Shown here: in pieces, positions 13,584 through 26,241 of the stretch | Layout: each line of letters starts with the position of its first letter | Numbering within the stretch: the first letter of the stretch is position 1 | Origin: Octopus vulgaris | Lineage: Eukaryota | Assembly (NCBI GenBank): GCA_951406725.2 | Contig: OX597831.1 | Span: forward strand, 40,672,001 to 40,736,000 | Direction of reading: 5' to 3' | Length of the DNA: 64,000 nt | The notes under the pieces: generated by a model | Databases searched by the model: none | What the model was told of the DNA's origin: nothing | Seen by the model: only the letters and a program-made list of their open reading frames with translations | Translations under genes and position numbers: made by a program

Positions 13584-14394
13584 TTTAGCTTGATAGCTCT
13601 TAGTAATATAATCACACATTTATTCGTATTCGCAGATTGAAAGCTTCTTTTACTTTATAACAAATCTTAGTTTTAAGACGGTTTAAAAATAAACGAAGAT
13701 GAATGAAATTTAGATATTACCGCAAATATCTTCCATAGAATAGTCTATTAACCCGCAAGAAAGGGAGATAAGCAATTAGAAAACTTGCTCCAGCCAGCCA
13801 GTGATGGAACCGCCACGTAGTCACTTGACTTGTGAGAAATAACAACCAAATATTCCCTCAACCTGTACCCAACCGTACTGAAAAAGGAAAAAAGATATTG
13901 GATTATTTAGACCTAGGTATACAGTAACCGAGAAAAGAATGAGATGGTGATGGTTTGAACAATTGGAAGATATGTTTGCATGGTGATGGCTGAATAGAAG
14001 CTGAATATGTTTTAACAAAAATATATCTGGCAGGGAATGGTTCTGTTTTAAAGGAATATAATAAATCTTACATTTAGTCTAGTGAAAAGATATATATCAA
14101 TATTCCATCTCGAAAAGTTTCTTCGCACTACAAGGAAGAAATGTAGTGGACATATTCAGCTTCTTATCACACAGCCACGCCTGCACCTATGGTAATAGTA
14201 ACAACAGCAGTCAGAGAGCACAAACCTCCGCCAAAGTAACACCAAAGTCCTAGTCTTTATATTACCCTCCAAGTGGCGAACACAGAGGGGATGATACATC
14301 ACATGTGGGGACACAAAACAGGGGGAAAATAGGACAGCGTATGAAAAACGCGTAAGGACAAGATGAAAATGAAAAATGTAAAGAAACCACAAGG

Positions 14395-14698
14395 TAGAGG
14401 CACATGGTCCAGTGGTTAGAGCAGCGGACCTGCGGTCGAGGGATCGTGGGTTCGAATCTCAGACCGGGCGATGTGTGTGTTTATGAGCGAAACATCTAAG
14501 CTCCATGCGGCTCCGGCAGAAGGTAATGGCAAACCTCTGCCGACTATTTCGTCACAACTTTCTCTCGCTCTTTCCTCCTACATCTAGCAGCTTACAAGTG
14601 GTGGGCTTCCGTCCAGTCCAGGTGAGGAACCTATAGGCCAATGAAACCGGGGAAACCGGACCTTATGAGCCAGGCATGGGTCGAGAAGGGACAAACAA
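14395..14698 (+). mobile_element. SINE family C (tail variant 1)
   Basis: A-box TGGTCCAGTGG, B-box GTTCGAATCT; body shared with 33626 and 40376. Confidence 0.85.
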
Positions 14699-15634
14699 TT
14701 ATCGGTACAAGACTTGAAATTTGGGAGAGGTGGCGTTGGGGGTAGACTACTGGAACCTATTTTTATCGATCGTGAAAGGATGAAAGACAAACTCAAACTC
14801 GGCAGAATTTAAATTCAGAGCTTAAACATGGACAAAATGTCGCTATTTTGCCTGGCGTGCTAACGAGTCTTCCAGCTCGTCGCCTTGTAATACACTCAAA
14901 TAAAAGAAGTCATTATTAAACGAGATTCCTCACAGTCTGATTAAAAAGATCGAAACACATAATAAACCATGCCTGAGGCAATTATTACTAGGTTTCAATA
15001 AAACCGAAATGTCTACCTTCTCTTGTTTTAGTATCTTTGCATTATTTATTTATTTTATTTTGCAAAATCTAAATTTCATTAAACCAACCGTTTTCTACAT
15101 AAATGAACATGCAAAGAAAAAATGATGAATTTCACAGGTGTTCATATTTAATTGGAAGTGTATGTATATACACACACATACTAAGATTTAATTATACATA
15201 CGTACATAGATAATATACGTACTTGTCTACATCTATATTGAAACTTATACAAGTATATATGATAAAGTATAAGTATGTGCGCGTATGTGTGTGTGTGTGT
15301 TTTTATACATAAATACAGACATACTTTCATACATATATATATATGTATATGTATGCTTACATGAGTATGGATATCAATATGTGTGTGTATGTACGTATGA
15401 ATGTATGGATGGATGTCTGCACACGCACACACATATACACATATGTTCATCTGTGTGTTCGTGTAAAGTATACGTTTGTATATATACGCGTTTATGTAAA
15501 TAGAAAAACACTTGCTCACAGATTGTCATTTTCCTTTCCTATTGATTCCTACCACTGTGTAAGTTGAGACGATAGATAAAAATTTACCAAACCACAAAAA
15601 TGATATTGATCTGAAATAATAGTAATAATAGTAG

Positions 15635-16002
15635 TGGCACTCCGTCGGTTACGACGACGAGTGTTCCAGTTGATCCAATCAACGGAACAGCCTGCTCGTG
15701 GAATTAACGTGCAAGCGGCTGTGCACTTCACAGACACATGTACCCTAAACGTAGTTCTCGAGGAGATTCAGCGTGTCAGCTGACCCTTTGAAATATAGGT
15801 GCAACAGAAACCAGTAAGAAAGAGTGAGAGAAAATTGCGGCGAAAGAGTACAGCAGGGCTCATCACCACCTCCTGCTGGAGCTTCGTGGAACTTTAAGTG
15901 TTTTCGTTCAATAAACACTCACAACGCCCGGTCTGGGAATCGAAACCGCTTTCCTACAACCGCGAGTCCGCTGCCCTAACAACTGGGCCATTGCGCCTCC
16001 AC
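15635..16002 (-). mobile_element. SINE family C (tail variant 2)
   Basis: Head GGAGGCGCAATGGCCCAGT on minus; tail ends GTAACCGACGGAGTGCCAC. Confidence 0.85.
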
Positions 16003-16021
16003 AGTAATAATAATAATAATA

Positions 16022-16420
16022 ATCCTTTCTACTATAGGCACAAGGTCTGGAATTTGTGGGAACGGGATTAGTCGATTTCATAGACCCCAGTATTCAACTG
16101 GTACATAATTTTTCGACCCCAAAAGGATGAAAGTCAAAGTTGACCTTGGTGGAATTTGAATTCAGAACGTAGCGACAGGCAAAATACCTATTTCTTTATT
16201 ACCCACAAGGGGCTAAACACAGAGGGGACAAACAAGGACATACAAACGGATTAAGTCGATTATATAGACCCCAGTGTGTAACTGGTACTTAATTTATCGA
16301 CCCCGAAAGAATGAAAGGCAAAGTCGACCTCGGCGGAATTTGAACTCAGAACATAACGGCAGGCAAAATACCGCTAAGCATTTCATCCAGTGCGCTAACG
16401 TCTCTGCCAACTCGCTGGCT
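16022..16420 (-). mobile_element. SINE family D dimer
   Basis: Two tandem units between (AAT)n and (GAT)n. Confidence 0.85.
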
Positions 16421-16485
<65 letters not shown>

Positions 16486-16489
<4 letters not shown>

Positions 16490-18352
16490 CTTTATTAACC
16501 ACAATGGTTTACATGAAGAAAAATATTATGGACACTAGAGGATAAAACAAAAAATGTGTGTGTGTGTGAGAGTGTCTGTAGTTGCGAGGGTTTTGCGTGT
16601 AAACAAGACCAATTAAATAAAAAAAAAAAGGGGACATCAACAATGTGTAAACCTCAATAGCGAGGAGATGTTCGAGTACTGCTCACGAAAAAAAACCCAT
16701 AAAAATCATGGGTACCCTAACTTTTGGGGCAGGTGCCTTTTCCTTTTTTTTCGTTTCCTTCTTTCCACTTTCTAACTACAGGCGTATGGTGAAAATCAAA
16801 AGTAGCACATTGACAGGAATTATGCTGCCTCCAGAAAAAAGTATATGGTCTGGGATGAGATCCACATTCTTTTGTGTTGTTTGAATGAGAAGTTCTACGG
16901 TCATCCCAGACCAGTTTTCCTTTTTTGGTTTCATAGGCTTTTTTGGGTTCACTCGTACCATTCTCGCCATTTTCATCCACCTTTCCGCAAACTGACTAGA
17001 AGACAACACTTCCCTCTCTACCCCTATTTTCCTTTTCAAGTGAAACTTGAAGAAGTTCATCAGGGATTGTCCAAAGAGAAAATTGTTTATTTTCAGTCCC
17101 CTTCCCCTGAGGTCGTTGAGCAGGTGACTCCACTTACAAGGCGACCCCAGGCCACGTACATTCACGATGCCGGTTTTGTAAAACGACCATGTTGTTGGTA
17201 AAAGATGAAGGAAAGAAAGGGAAAACTTACTCGGTTTTGTTTGGAGGGGCGGATTGGCCGTCCCTCCCGTTGGTTTCGGGTGTTTCCAACACCAAGAATT
17301 CTCTTGGTGATATTCTGGCGAAAATCTCCGATTTCCTCTAAGATATGGGTTTTTAAGTATGTGTATATGTTTCGAGTTGTTTTAATGGTTTGTATGTGTG
17401 CAGTTGGGGAGAATGTGGGCGTGAGAACATTTTTTGGTGTAATGTTTGTGCGTGTTGTTATATATTCCATTAATTCGTTATTTCAATTTATTGCCATGTA
17501 GTTCGTAATGTTACTGTCTTTATATTGTGTTTGTCGTTGTTGTTACGGTTGTTGTTGTTATTGTAGTGGTGGTGGTGGTGGTGGTGGTTGTGATTGCTGT
17601 TGCTGTTGCATTTGTGGAATGGCTTGTGCTTCAGATGTTAGAGGTGATGGTGTCGATGCAGTGTTTGTTATGGGCGTGTTTGTTGTCTTGATTTCTTTTT
17701 TCCTTTCCTCTTCTTGTGTGGATGAGTATCGTTGTTGTTGTTGTTGTTGTTTTTGTTGTTGTTTGTCCATTTGTTTATTCTCCCTTCTGTCTCTTTTTTA
17801 CGTTTCTTTTTGTTTTTACTGCCAGTCTTCATCGCGGTCCGTCTCTCCAGCTATGATGTCCACCCGCTCTGCATCGGGAAGTGGAACATCTTCGGGCGTT
17901 GAGAAATGTTAGGGTCAACTCGGTGTCGGCATGGTTGTTGGTATTGGTGTTAGTGGTGCTATGGCTGAATCTTCTGATGGTGATGGTGCTGCTGCTGTTG
18001 TCGCTGGAGTTCTGCTGGCCGTCGTTGGTGTAGGGAGGAAAGGTGCCGTCTATCTTTTTCATTTAGCTTGGGGCAGTCAATTTTTAAATGCTTAGGTGAA
18101 AAGCAAAAGTAGCACATTGACAGGAATTATGCTGCCTCCAGAAAGAAGTATATGGTCTGGGATGAGATCCACATTCTAATGTGTTGTTTGAATGAGGAGT
18201 TCTACGGTCATCCCAGACCAGTTTTCCTTTTTTGGTTTCATAGGCTTCGAGGATTTTCGAGTTTTCCTCAATGTCTATCATCACTGCCACAATTAGCCAA
18301 GGGATGGCTATTTCTGGCACTGGATTATAATTTTTGCCAGTCTCTGACCGCA
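16486..18352 (-). mobile_element. Internally deleted Tx1/L1-like LINE
   Basis: ORF1 remnant with CX2CX4HX4C knuckle CYFCFSPKHLKIDC (18073-18114) and a low-complexity tail; ORF2 start NVRGL (APE N-terminus) fused to the C-terminus FFKFHLKRK..ERW; 3' end AATAAAGAAAT(CAT)n. Confidence 0.75.
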
Positions 18353-18480
18353 CTAGTTCCTTACTACTGCGGTCAGAGACTGGCAAAAATTATAATCGAG
18401 TGCAAATACACTATTATGGGATCTTTTCTTTATAAAATTCACGGAGCGAGGTCAAGCATGGCTTGTCAGGCTGACAGCCA

Positions 18481-18664
<184 letters not shown>

Positions 18665-18667
<3 letters not shown>

Positions 18668-19060
18668 ATAAACAGCGCATGACATTGCTTGCAGGTGGAA
18701 CTCAGAATTTTCTTCAGGTTGAGTAGGCCATCCTGCTCAAAAGGTCCTTGAACAAGGTTTGTTTTGAGGATGATGGACAAAACACCCATGTTTCCAGAGG
18801 TGTATTATTCAAACCCCAAAGAATTCCTCTCAACACATTATTATGATGCAATCCCACTACTTCTGCTCGTGATCAGAAATGTACATATCGTCATAAGGGG
18901 TATGCTCAAATTGTTACGGTCAAACAACTGACAAGCAAATCTGTGGTATTGAGCAGAATATTTGCTGTAGCCCATCTTTTATACCAAGACAGCATAATAA
19001 CACTTCCAATAAGTTAAGATCAGAAGCTATGAGAGCCATTGCCTGGTACTGCATCAGGGC

Positions 19061-19063
<3 letters not shown>
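18665..19063 (+). mobile_element. Unclassified retroposon with (TTA)n tail, truncated copy
   Basis: Matches 26242-26800 (reverse) and 42532-42986. Confidence 0.75.
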
Positions 19064-19150
<87 letters not shown>

Positions 19151-19464
19151 CATCATTTCTTTTAAATTGCGGTTTTGATGCAATCACTTGCCTGGTTGCA
19201 CTCACAGCACAAGTGAAAGTGAAGAGATGTTTAGATATCCCGTCACTTAGCGGTTCGGCAAAAGAGACCGATAGAATAAGTACTGGGCTTCCAAAGAATA
19301 AGTCCCGGGGTCGATTTGCTCAACTAAAGGCGGTGCTCCAGCATGGCCGCAGTCAAATAACTGAAACAAGTAAAAGAGAAAAGAGAAAATAGATATAACT
19401 AGGGAAATTTAGGAGGGTAGTACAGAAATAAATTCATAGGATACAACACAACACAAACATTTTA

Positions 19465-20310
19465 TGTGATGGAGTTTTTCTAAGTATGTGAGCGGTACTT
19501 GTCAACACAATCTTTTGGATTTCTGAGATATATGTTTCTCCTGGGATGTTATCTGGATATGACCATTCTTTTATCGTGCTATAGGCACGTGCAATAACAG
19601 GACAGCCTTTGCTTCAATATGGCACATATGCTGTATTTCAATTTTCAGACCCTTAAATTTACTAAGCTTGTCAAATTACTTCACAGGTATATTTTTACCC
19701 GTGTTGACACTTACATTTATCAGTCTTCAAGTATTTCCTTCCTTGTTTTTAATAATAAGGCTTGATCCTTTAGTCTAGATAATTATGTCTGTGTTGATCG
19801 AAAAATCGCAAAACAATGGCGTCATCTTTACCTTCAACTATTGTCTCATGATGGTGTTCATACCACTTAGCAATAGTGTCAACTTTGTAGTGCTTACATA
19901 TTTTTCAATGTAAATACTGTTCTACCCTATCGTGGCAATTTCTATATTCATTTGGCGTTAGCACAGGACAGCACGAAAGAAGACGGTCTATTATTACATC
20001 AAATGTGCTGCAGAAGCTGTATTTTGGGTCAGCACTGTTTTTAATGGACATTTTCCTGGTAATTTCCGGTAAAAAAAAAACTTTGGTCTTTAGTTTCTGC
20101 TTTCAAGTCTGAACTCCTCAGCCTTGATAGGTTGTCGCTTGGTCAATATCAGCATTTTTACTTCGAAGAATATATTGTCCATGAAGGGACTCCTGGCTCC
20201 ACCATTTCTTAAGTTATTTCTGCTTTTTTGTATTTTTTTTTTTACAGTCTCTTTAATTCGTTTGCTCGCAGTGATTTCAGGTTCTTCAACTAATTCAGAG
20301 TTAATGGCCG
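19465..20310 (-). pseudogene. R4/Dong-like non-LTR retrotransposon C-terminal fragment (zinc finger plus restriction-like endonuclease), decayed
   Basis: Minus frames give LHGQY..R..ADID, EYRNCHDRVEQYLH.KICKHY..KWYEH and KLSKFKGLKIEI; a second short copy of the EY..HD region at about 20465-20560. Confidence 0.8.
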
Positions 20311-20609
20311 GCGCATTAACGATTCGACCAGTTCGCGGCTTTGTTTCCTTCAGAAATATTGGTCTCAGATTTTGGCAAAAGACCAGCGGTTTCGGTAGTA
20401 GGAAAAAATAAGTCAAATACATTGACCTCAGAACACTGTGGTCAATGAAATCGACTATTCGCGAATTTTTCAATGTAAATACCGTCCTACTTTATCGTTG
20501 ACCATTTTTACATTTGCTTAGTGTTAGCACTGGATAGCCCGAAAATTGTGGCCTATTATTTCTCCCCCTCCCCTACCAAATTTCAGGTCTTGCCTTTATA
20601 GTAGAAATA

Positions 20610-21170
20610 ATTGTTGTTGGTGTTGTTGCTGTTGTTTTTGTTACCGGCGTCGTCGTTGTTCTTTTTTAACCCAGCAACTTCATTAGAGAAAGCAGCAAAG
20701 TGCCAGCTATCCACAACCAGTGGGTCAAGGTAACGTTCCTTATTCAGATTTCGTGAACGCCACAGGGGAATTCGTATAGTTCTCAGCAACACTGTTTTCC
20801 GTAGATCTCTGTCTTCACATTTACTCCTATCTTTGCAATCCAGTTTCTGAGCTTATTTCTTATAGTTCCCAGAACTACAACATCAGGTGCAATACTCACC
20901 TTCATCAAAGACCACAATCTTTTTTATCTCTCACTTCAACTTATATCTGATCCGCTTCTCTTCTTCTTTTTCCCATACTCTCTCATCACCAGAGCATGCA
21001 ATATCTATGATTAAACATTTTTTTTTCTCCTCTTTATTCACAACCACTAAATCCAGTTTTCGATGTTCAATTTCCTGATCATATTGGATCGTTACATCTC
21101 ACAGAATCTTTAGCGTGTCATTCTCGATTACTCTTTCTGGGTTTTACCCACACCACGTCTTTGCTGTATG
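20610..21170 (-). pseudogene. Second R4/Dong-like 3' fragment with 3' UTR
   Basis: PERVIENDTLKIL.D..DQEIEHRKLDLVVVNKEEKK then CLIIDIAC..EKEEEK: restriction-like endonuclease region; abuts (TAA)n. Confidence 0.8.
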
Positions 21171-21189
21171 TAATTATTATTATTATTAC

Positions 21190-21264
<75 letters not shown>

Positions 21265-21275
21265 TACTATTATTA

Positions 21276-21357
<82 letters not shown>

Positions 21358-21627
21358 TATTATTATTGCTGTTGTTGTTGATGTTGTCGCCGTGGTCAAC
21401 GTCGTTGTCGTCGTCGTTCTTGTTACGGTTGTCGTTGTTGCTGTTGTTGTTGTGGTGGTGGGTGGTGGTGGTGGTGGTGATGGTGGTGGTGATGTTGGTG
21501 GTGATGTTGGTGGTGATGTTGGTGGTGATGTTGGTGGTCGTTGTGGTGGTAGTGGTGGTGGTGGTGGTGGTGGTGGTGGTGGTAGTGGTGGTAGTGGTGG
21601 TGGTGGTGGTGGTGGTGGTGGTGGTGA

Positions 21628-21658
<31 letters not shown>

Positions 21659-21840
21659 GGTGATGTGGTGGTGGTGGTGGTGGTGGTGATGTTGGTGGTG
21701 GTGGTGATGTTGGTGGTGGTGGTGGTGGTGGTGGTGGTGTTGTTGTTGTTGGTGGTGGTGGTGGTGGTGGTGGTGGTGGTGGTGGTGGTGGTGGTGGTGG
21801 TGGTGGTGGTGGTGGTGGTGGTGGTGGTGGTGGTGGTGAT
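21171..21840. repeat. Long compound trinucleotide tract (TAT)n-(CAT)n-(GTT)n-(GGT)n
   Basis: Directly visible. Confidence 0.95.
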
Positions 21841-22427
21841 GCTGTTGTCACTGGGTTTTTTTTACGCCGATTTTATTGCCGCTATTGTCAATAAGAGGAT
21901 TGCTGGAAACATTATTCTTCCTGTTATCATTCTTTCCTTTCTCTTTTTCTTTACCCACCTTTTTTTTTTCAGAAACTGTTAATTGTTATTGTTGTTCATA
22001 TTGTTAAAAAATATGTTTGTGAGGATACAGCTACCGTTGATATAAAACAAACAATCCTTTTTTTTTTCTCTTTTTTTTTCTTTTAGCATTCTCAATATCA
22101 ATTTCCAAAGCCAATTTGTTTGTTCGTTTGAGAGAAGATAGTTCTTCAACACATTTCCATAGAAAGGCTGCTGCTCTCTACTTTCCAGGGAGCGCCCTCC
22201 AATTATTATAACAGAAATCCCCATGCTTACAAAAATGCTGGTAAGAAGTTTGCTTCCCTACCACGTGGTTCCGGGTTCAGTCCCACTGCGTGACACCCTC
22301 GTCTGGTGTCTTCTACTATAGCCTCGGGCTGATCAAAGCCTTGTGAGTGGATTTGGTGGACGGAAACTGAATGAAACTAAGAGAAACCCGTCGTGTATAT
22401 ATATATATAGGTGTGTGTGTGTGTGTA

Positions 22428-22478
<51 letters not shown>

Positions 22479-22479
<1 letters not shown>

Positions 22480-23094
22480 GTTCAGTATCGGCAAAAATAT
22501 ATGCCCTTTATATATATATATATCCCTTTGCATACTGAATACTTGTATGATTATATTAATTTATATTGTAAATTATAATTCATCTCTCTCTACTTAATGT
22601 CTAGGATTTTACCGAAAAAAGTATGGTGTTTGCTGATTTTGACCCACGCTGGTGGAAAGGGGAGAGCAGAAATTCTTCGCTTGCATATTTGAGTTTGTTG
22701 CCACTGTTTAGTTTCGAGCAGATCTTCAGAAGCGATAACAAGCCGAAAGGGTATGCTCCCACTTTCAGTGTTTTCAAATCCAAACCAGGGAATTTGAGTG
22801 ATGATAGAAGTGTCGATTTTGACTAATCTTGAAACGTACGTTCTCAAATAACCTTTGCATTTGATTTTTTAATGTCTCTACCCCATACTTTCGTGGGTTG
22901 AGTTGAGCAAACACTATATGAGAGAGGTTTTCTTTAAGTATTGGAAATAGTTTTAAAAAAGTTTTTTAGCTGCTATTTCTAATGAGTTCAGTATGCGGCA
23001 AAGTAATTTATTTTACTAAGCCCTTTTATATAATGTAATAATTTGAATTCGCCTTAAATGGTCCCTTTGCATACTGAATACTTGGTGAAATTGA

Positions 23095-23098
<4 letters not shown>
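22479..23098. mobile_element. Unclassified element with direct terminal repeats in (TA)n
   Basis: AGTTCAGTAT..GCCCTTT..TCCCTTTGCATACTGAATACTTG at 22479-22545 and 22985-23084. Confidence 0.65.
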
Positions 23099-23138
<40 letters not shown>

Positions 23139-23250
23139 AAGTCATGCTCATACTTTTCTTTAATATTGTTAAACCTTATCAATTATTTATAAAGTATAGC
23201 GTAATTATAACGTCTGCATCTATGTTAAAAATTTTATTTTATGATATTGA

Positions 23251-23352
23251 GACCTAAAGAGTGGCTATGTATCGTTGAATCAAAGAAATATTAATTTTTG
23301 ATTATCGATTTTGATATAGATTCGTATACATAGTCACGAAACGCGCGTCGTC
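23251..23352 (+). ncRNA. Type I HHR-like motif with long stem II
   Basis: gac CTAAAGA gtggctatgtat...atacatagtcac GAAA cgcgcg TC gtc; 12-bp stem II, palindromic stem III, GUC site, G5A substitution. Confidence 0.7.
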
Positions 23353-23559
23353 GTTTTAATGTGTATTTTTAATGTATATTTTAGAATAGAAGTTTTTAGC
23401 ACGATATTAATAATAAAGTCATTTTAATGTGTAGAAATTTTTAGTACAACGTTAATAATAATATATTTAAATTTATATAATATCTTTCAGTATTAATTGA
23501 ATTACCTTATGGATGTTCAATCTCTTAATTCTATATATATTTAATAATTTTATATATAA

Positions 23560-23591
<32 letters not shown>

Positions 23592-24351
23592 CATTACTTG
23601 ACAACTGACGTTGGTTTGTTTACGTCCTGTAAATTAGCGTTCGGCAAAATAGACCGATAGAATAAGTGCAGGGCTTACAAAAAATACGTCTTTGGGGTGA
23701 TGTCTTCGACTAAAAATCCCCTAAAAGCGCTGCTCCAGCATGGCTACAGTCAAATGACTAAAACAAAAGAATAAAAGAATATATGTATGTGTGCGTATGT
23801 GTGTGTGTCTTTGTGTCTGTGTATGTGCCCCACCACATTCCTTGGCAACCGGTGATGGAGCGCTTATATCCCCGCAACATTAGCGGTCCGGCAAAAGACC
23901 GATAGAATAGGTACCAAGCTTAAAGATAAATAATTGCTGGGAAAATTTATTCTCCTAAAAATTCTTCAAGGAGGTGCTCCAGCATGGCCGCGTTCTAATG
24001 ATAGAAACAAGTGAAAGAGAAAAGATAACTATCTACTCGATACAAAAACAAAAGAACGAAATATAAGGATTTGCGTCCCGAAACAGAAAAGCAACACGGC
24101 TTTTTTAAGTCCCCACCTCTTCGTCTTTCTTCAAAAAGTTAAGGAAAACAAGACAAAATGGAGGGAGCGAGAGAAAGAGAGAGAGAGAGAGAGAGTGAAT
24201 GAGAGAGGGAGAGGTAGAGGGAGAGAGAGAAGCATAAAATACAGAAGCACAAAGATATGCACTCAAGAGAATTATCCAATTTTAAAACAGAACCGAAGGC
24301 AATATCCAAAAGACGTGTAGCATTTTTGTGCATCCAATAATGATGATGATG

Positions 24352-24410
<59 letters not shown>

Positions 24411-24765
24411 CTTTTCTACTAAAGGCACAAGGCTCGAAATTTGTGGAGAGGGAACTGGTCGATTACATCGATCGCAGTGTTTCACTGGTACTTAATTTTT
24501 GTACCTTGAAGGGGTAAACGCTAAAGTCAACGCCGGTGATTCTGCCTGCTCGCCGGCTTAAAAATAATGATGATAATTGTTTCAAATTTTGCTACAAGAG
24601 CAGCAGTTATGGAGGAAATGGATGAGTCGATTACATCGACCCCAGTACCTAACTGGTACTTGGTTTATCGATCTCGAAAGGATGAAAGGCAAATTCCAAC
24701 TTGGCGGAATTTGAACTCACAATGTAGCGGCAATGAAATATCGCTAAGTATTTCTACCGGCGCGC

Positions 24766-24836
<71 letters not shown>

Positions 24837-25047
24837 TAAAATAAATGCGCCCTTTTAAAGCCTAGCCAGGCTCATGGGGCCAGTTTCCTGGTTTCTATGG
24901 CTTATGGGTTCCCCAGCTGAGTGGGCTGGACAACGTGGAATGAAGTGTTTTGCTCAAGAACACAACGCGTCGCCCGGTCTAGGTATCGAAATCACAATCT
25001 TTCAATCATGGTGCTCACACTCTAACCACTAAGCCACGTGCCTCCGC

Positions 25048-25130
<83 letters not shown>

Positions 25131-25261
25131 AAGAAGAAGAAGAAGGAGGAGGAGGAGGAGGAGGAGGAGGAGGAGAAGAAGAAGAAGAAGAAGAAGAAGA
25201 AGAAGAAGAAGAAGAAGAAGAAGAAGAAGAAGAAGAAGAAGAAGAAGAAGAAGAAGAAGAA
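25048..25261. repeat. Compound microsatellite (AAT)n(AAG)n(GAG)n(AAG)n
   Basis: Directly visible. Confidence 0.95.
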
Positions 25262-26151
25262 TCCTTTCTACTATAGGCATACGGCCTGGATTTTGTGATT
25301 ACATCGACCCCCGTACTCACCTGGTATTTAATTTATCGACCCCGAAAGCTGAAGAGCAAAGTCAACCTCGGCGGATTTGAAATACCAAGCATTTCACCCG
25401 GCGTGCTAACGATTCGGCCAGCTCACTGCCTTAATAATAATAATAATTCTTTATACTATGGGCACAAGACCTGAAATTTGGCGGAAGGGGACAAGTCGAT
25501 TACATCGACCCCAGTATTTCACTGGTACTTAATTTATCGACCCTGAAAAGATGACAGACAAAGTCGACCTTGGCAGAATTTGAACTCAGAATGTAGCGGC
25601 AGACGAAATGCCAAGCATTTTGCCAGGCGTGCTAACGATTCTGCCAGCTCGCCGCCTTAATAGTAATAATAATAATGACGACGATGATGACGAGGATTTG
25701 TTTATTGACGGCTATGGGTTTGCATAGAGATCGAGGATGCTACAGGATGATAACAAAAACGACAACAATAATCCTTTCTACTCCAGGCACAATGGGAGGG
25801 GAACAGTCATTTAGCTCGTCCCCAGTACGCAACTGGTACTAAATTTATCGATCCCGAAACGATGAAAGGCAAAGTCGACGGAATTTGAACTCAGAACGTA
25901 GCGGCAGACGAAATACTTATTTCTTAACTACCCACAAGGGGATAAATACAGAGAGGACAAACAAGGACAGACAAACGGATTAAGTCGATTATATCGACCC
26001 CAGTTCGTAACTGGTACTTATTTAGTCGACTCCGAAAGGATGAAAGGCAAAGTTGACCTCGGCTGAATTTGAACTCAGAACGTAGTGGCAGACGAAATAC
26101 TGCTAAGCATTTCGCCCGGCGTGCAAACGATTCTACCAGCTCGCCGCCTTA
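25260..26151 (-). mobile_element. Cluster of SINE family D copies separated by (AAT)n
   Basis: Units at about 25260-25433, 25448-25660, 25770-26151. Confidence 0.85.
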
Positions 26152-26170
26152 ATGATAATAATAATAATAC

Positions 26171-26237
<67 letters not shown>

Positions 26238-26241
26238 TAAT

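Larger units (their letters stand above)
22240..23780 (+). mobile_element. SINE family A split by about 1.1 kb of nested insertions
   Basis: 5' half 22240-22395, 3' half 23600-23780. Confidence 0.7.

Noticed and set aside
14208-14237. Helentron/HINE-like end GGCGGAGGTTTGTGCTCTCTGACTGC (minus)
   Set aside because: Only about 30 bp, with no matching other terminus.
20090-20473. 127-aa ORF that looks like a real exon
   Set aside because: It overlaps a frameshifted R4-like remnant and a SINE fragment.
21161-21982. Longest ORF (273 aa, I/V/G rich)
   Set aside because: It consists entirely of the compound trinucleotide repeat.
22701-22733. CTGAAGA..GAAA on the minus strand inside the 22.5-kb element
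   Set aside because: Stem II cannot form, position 17 is G, and stem I does not pair.
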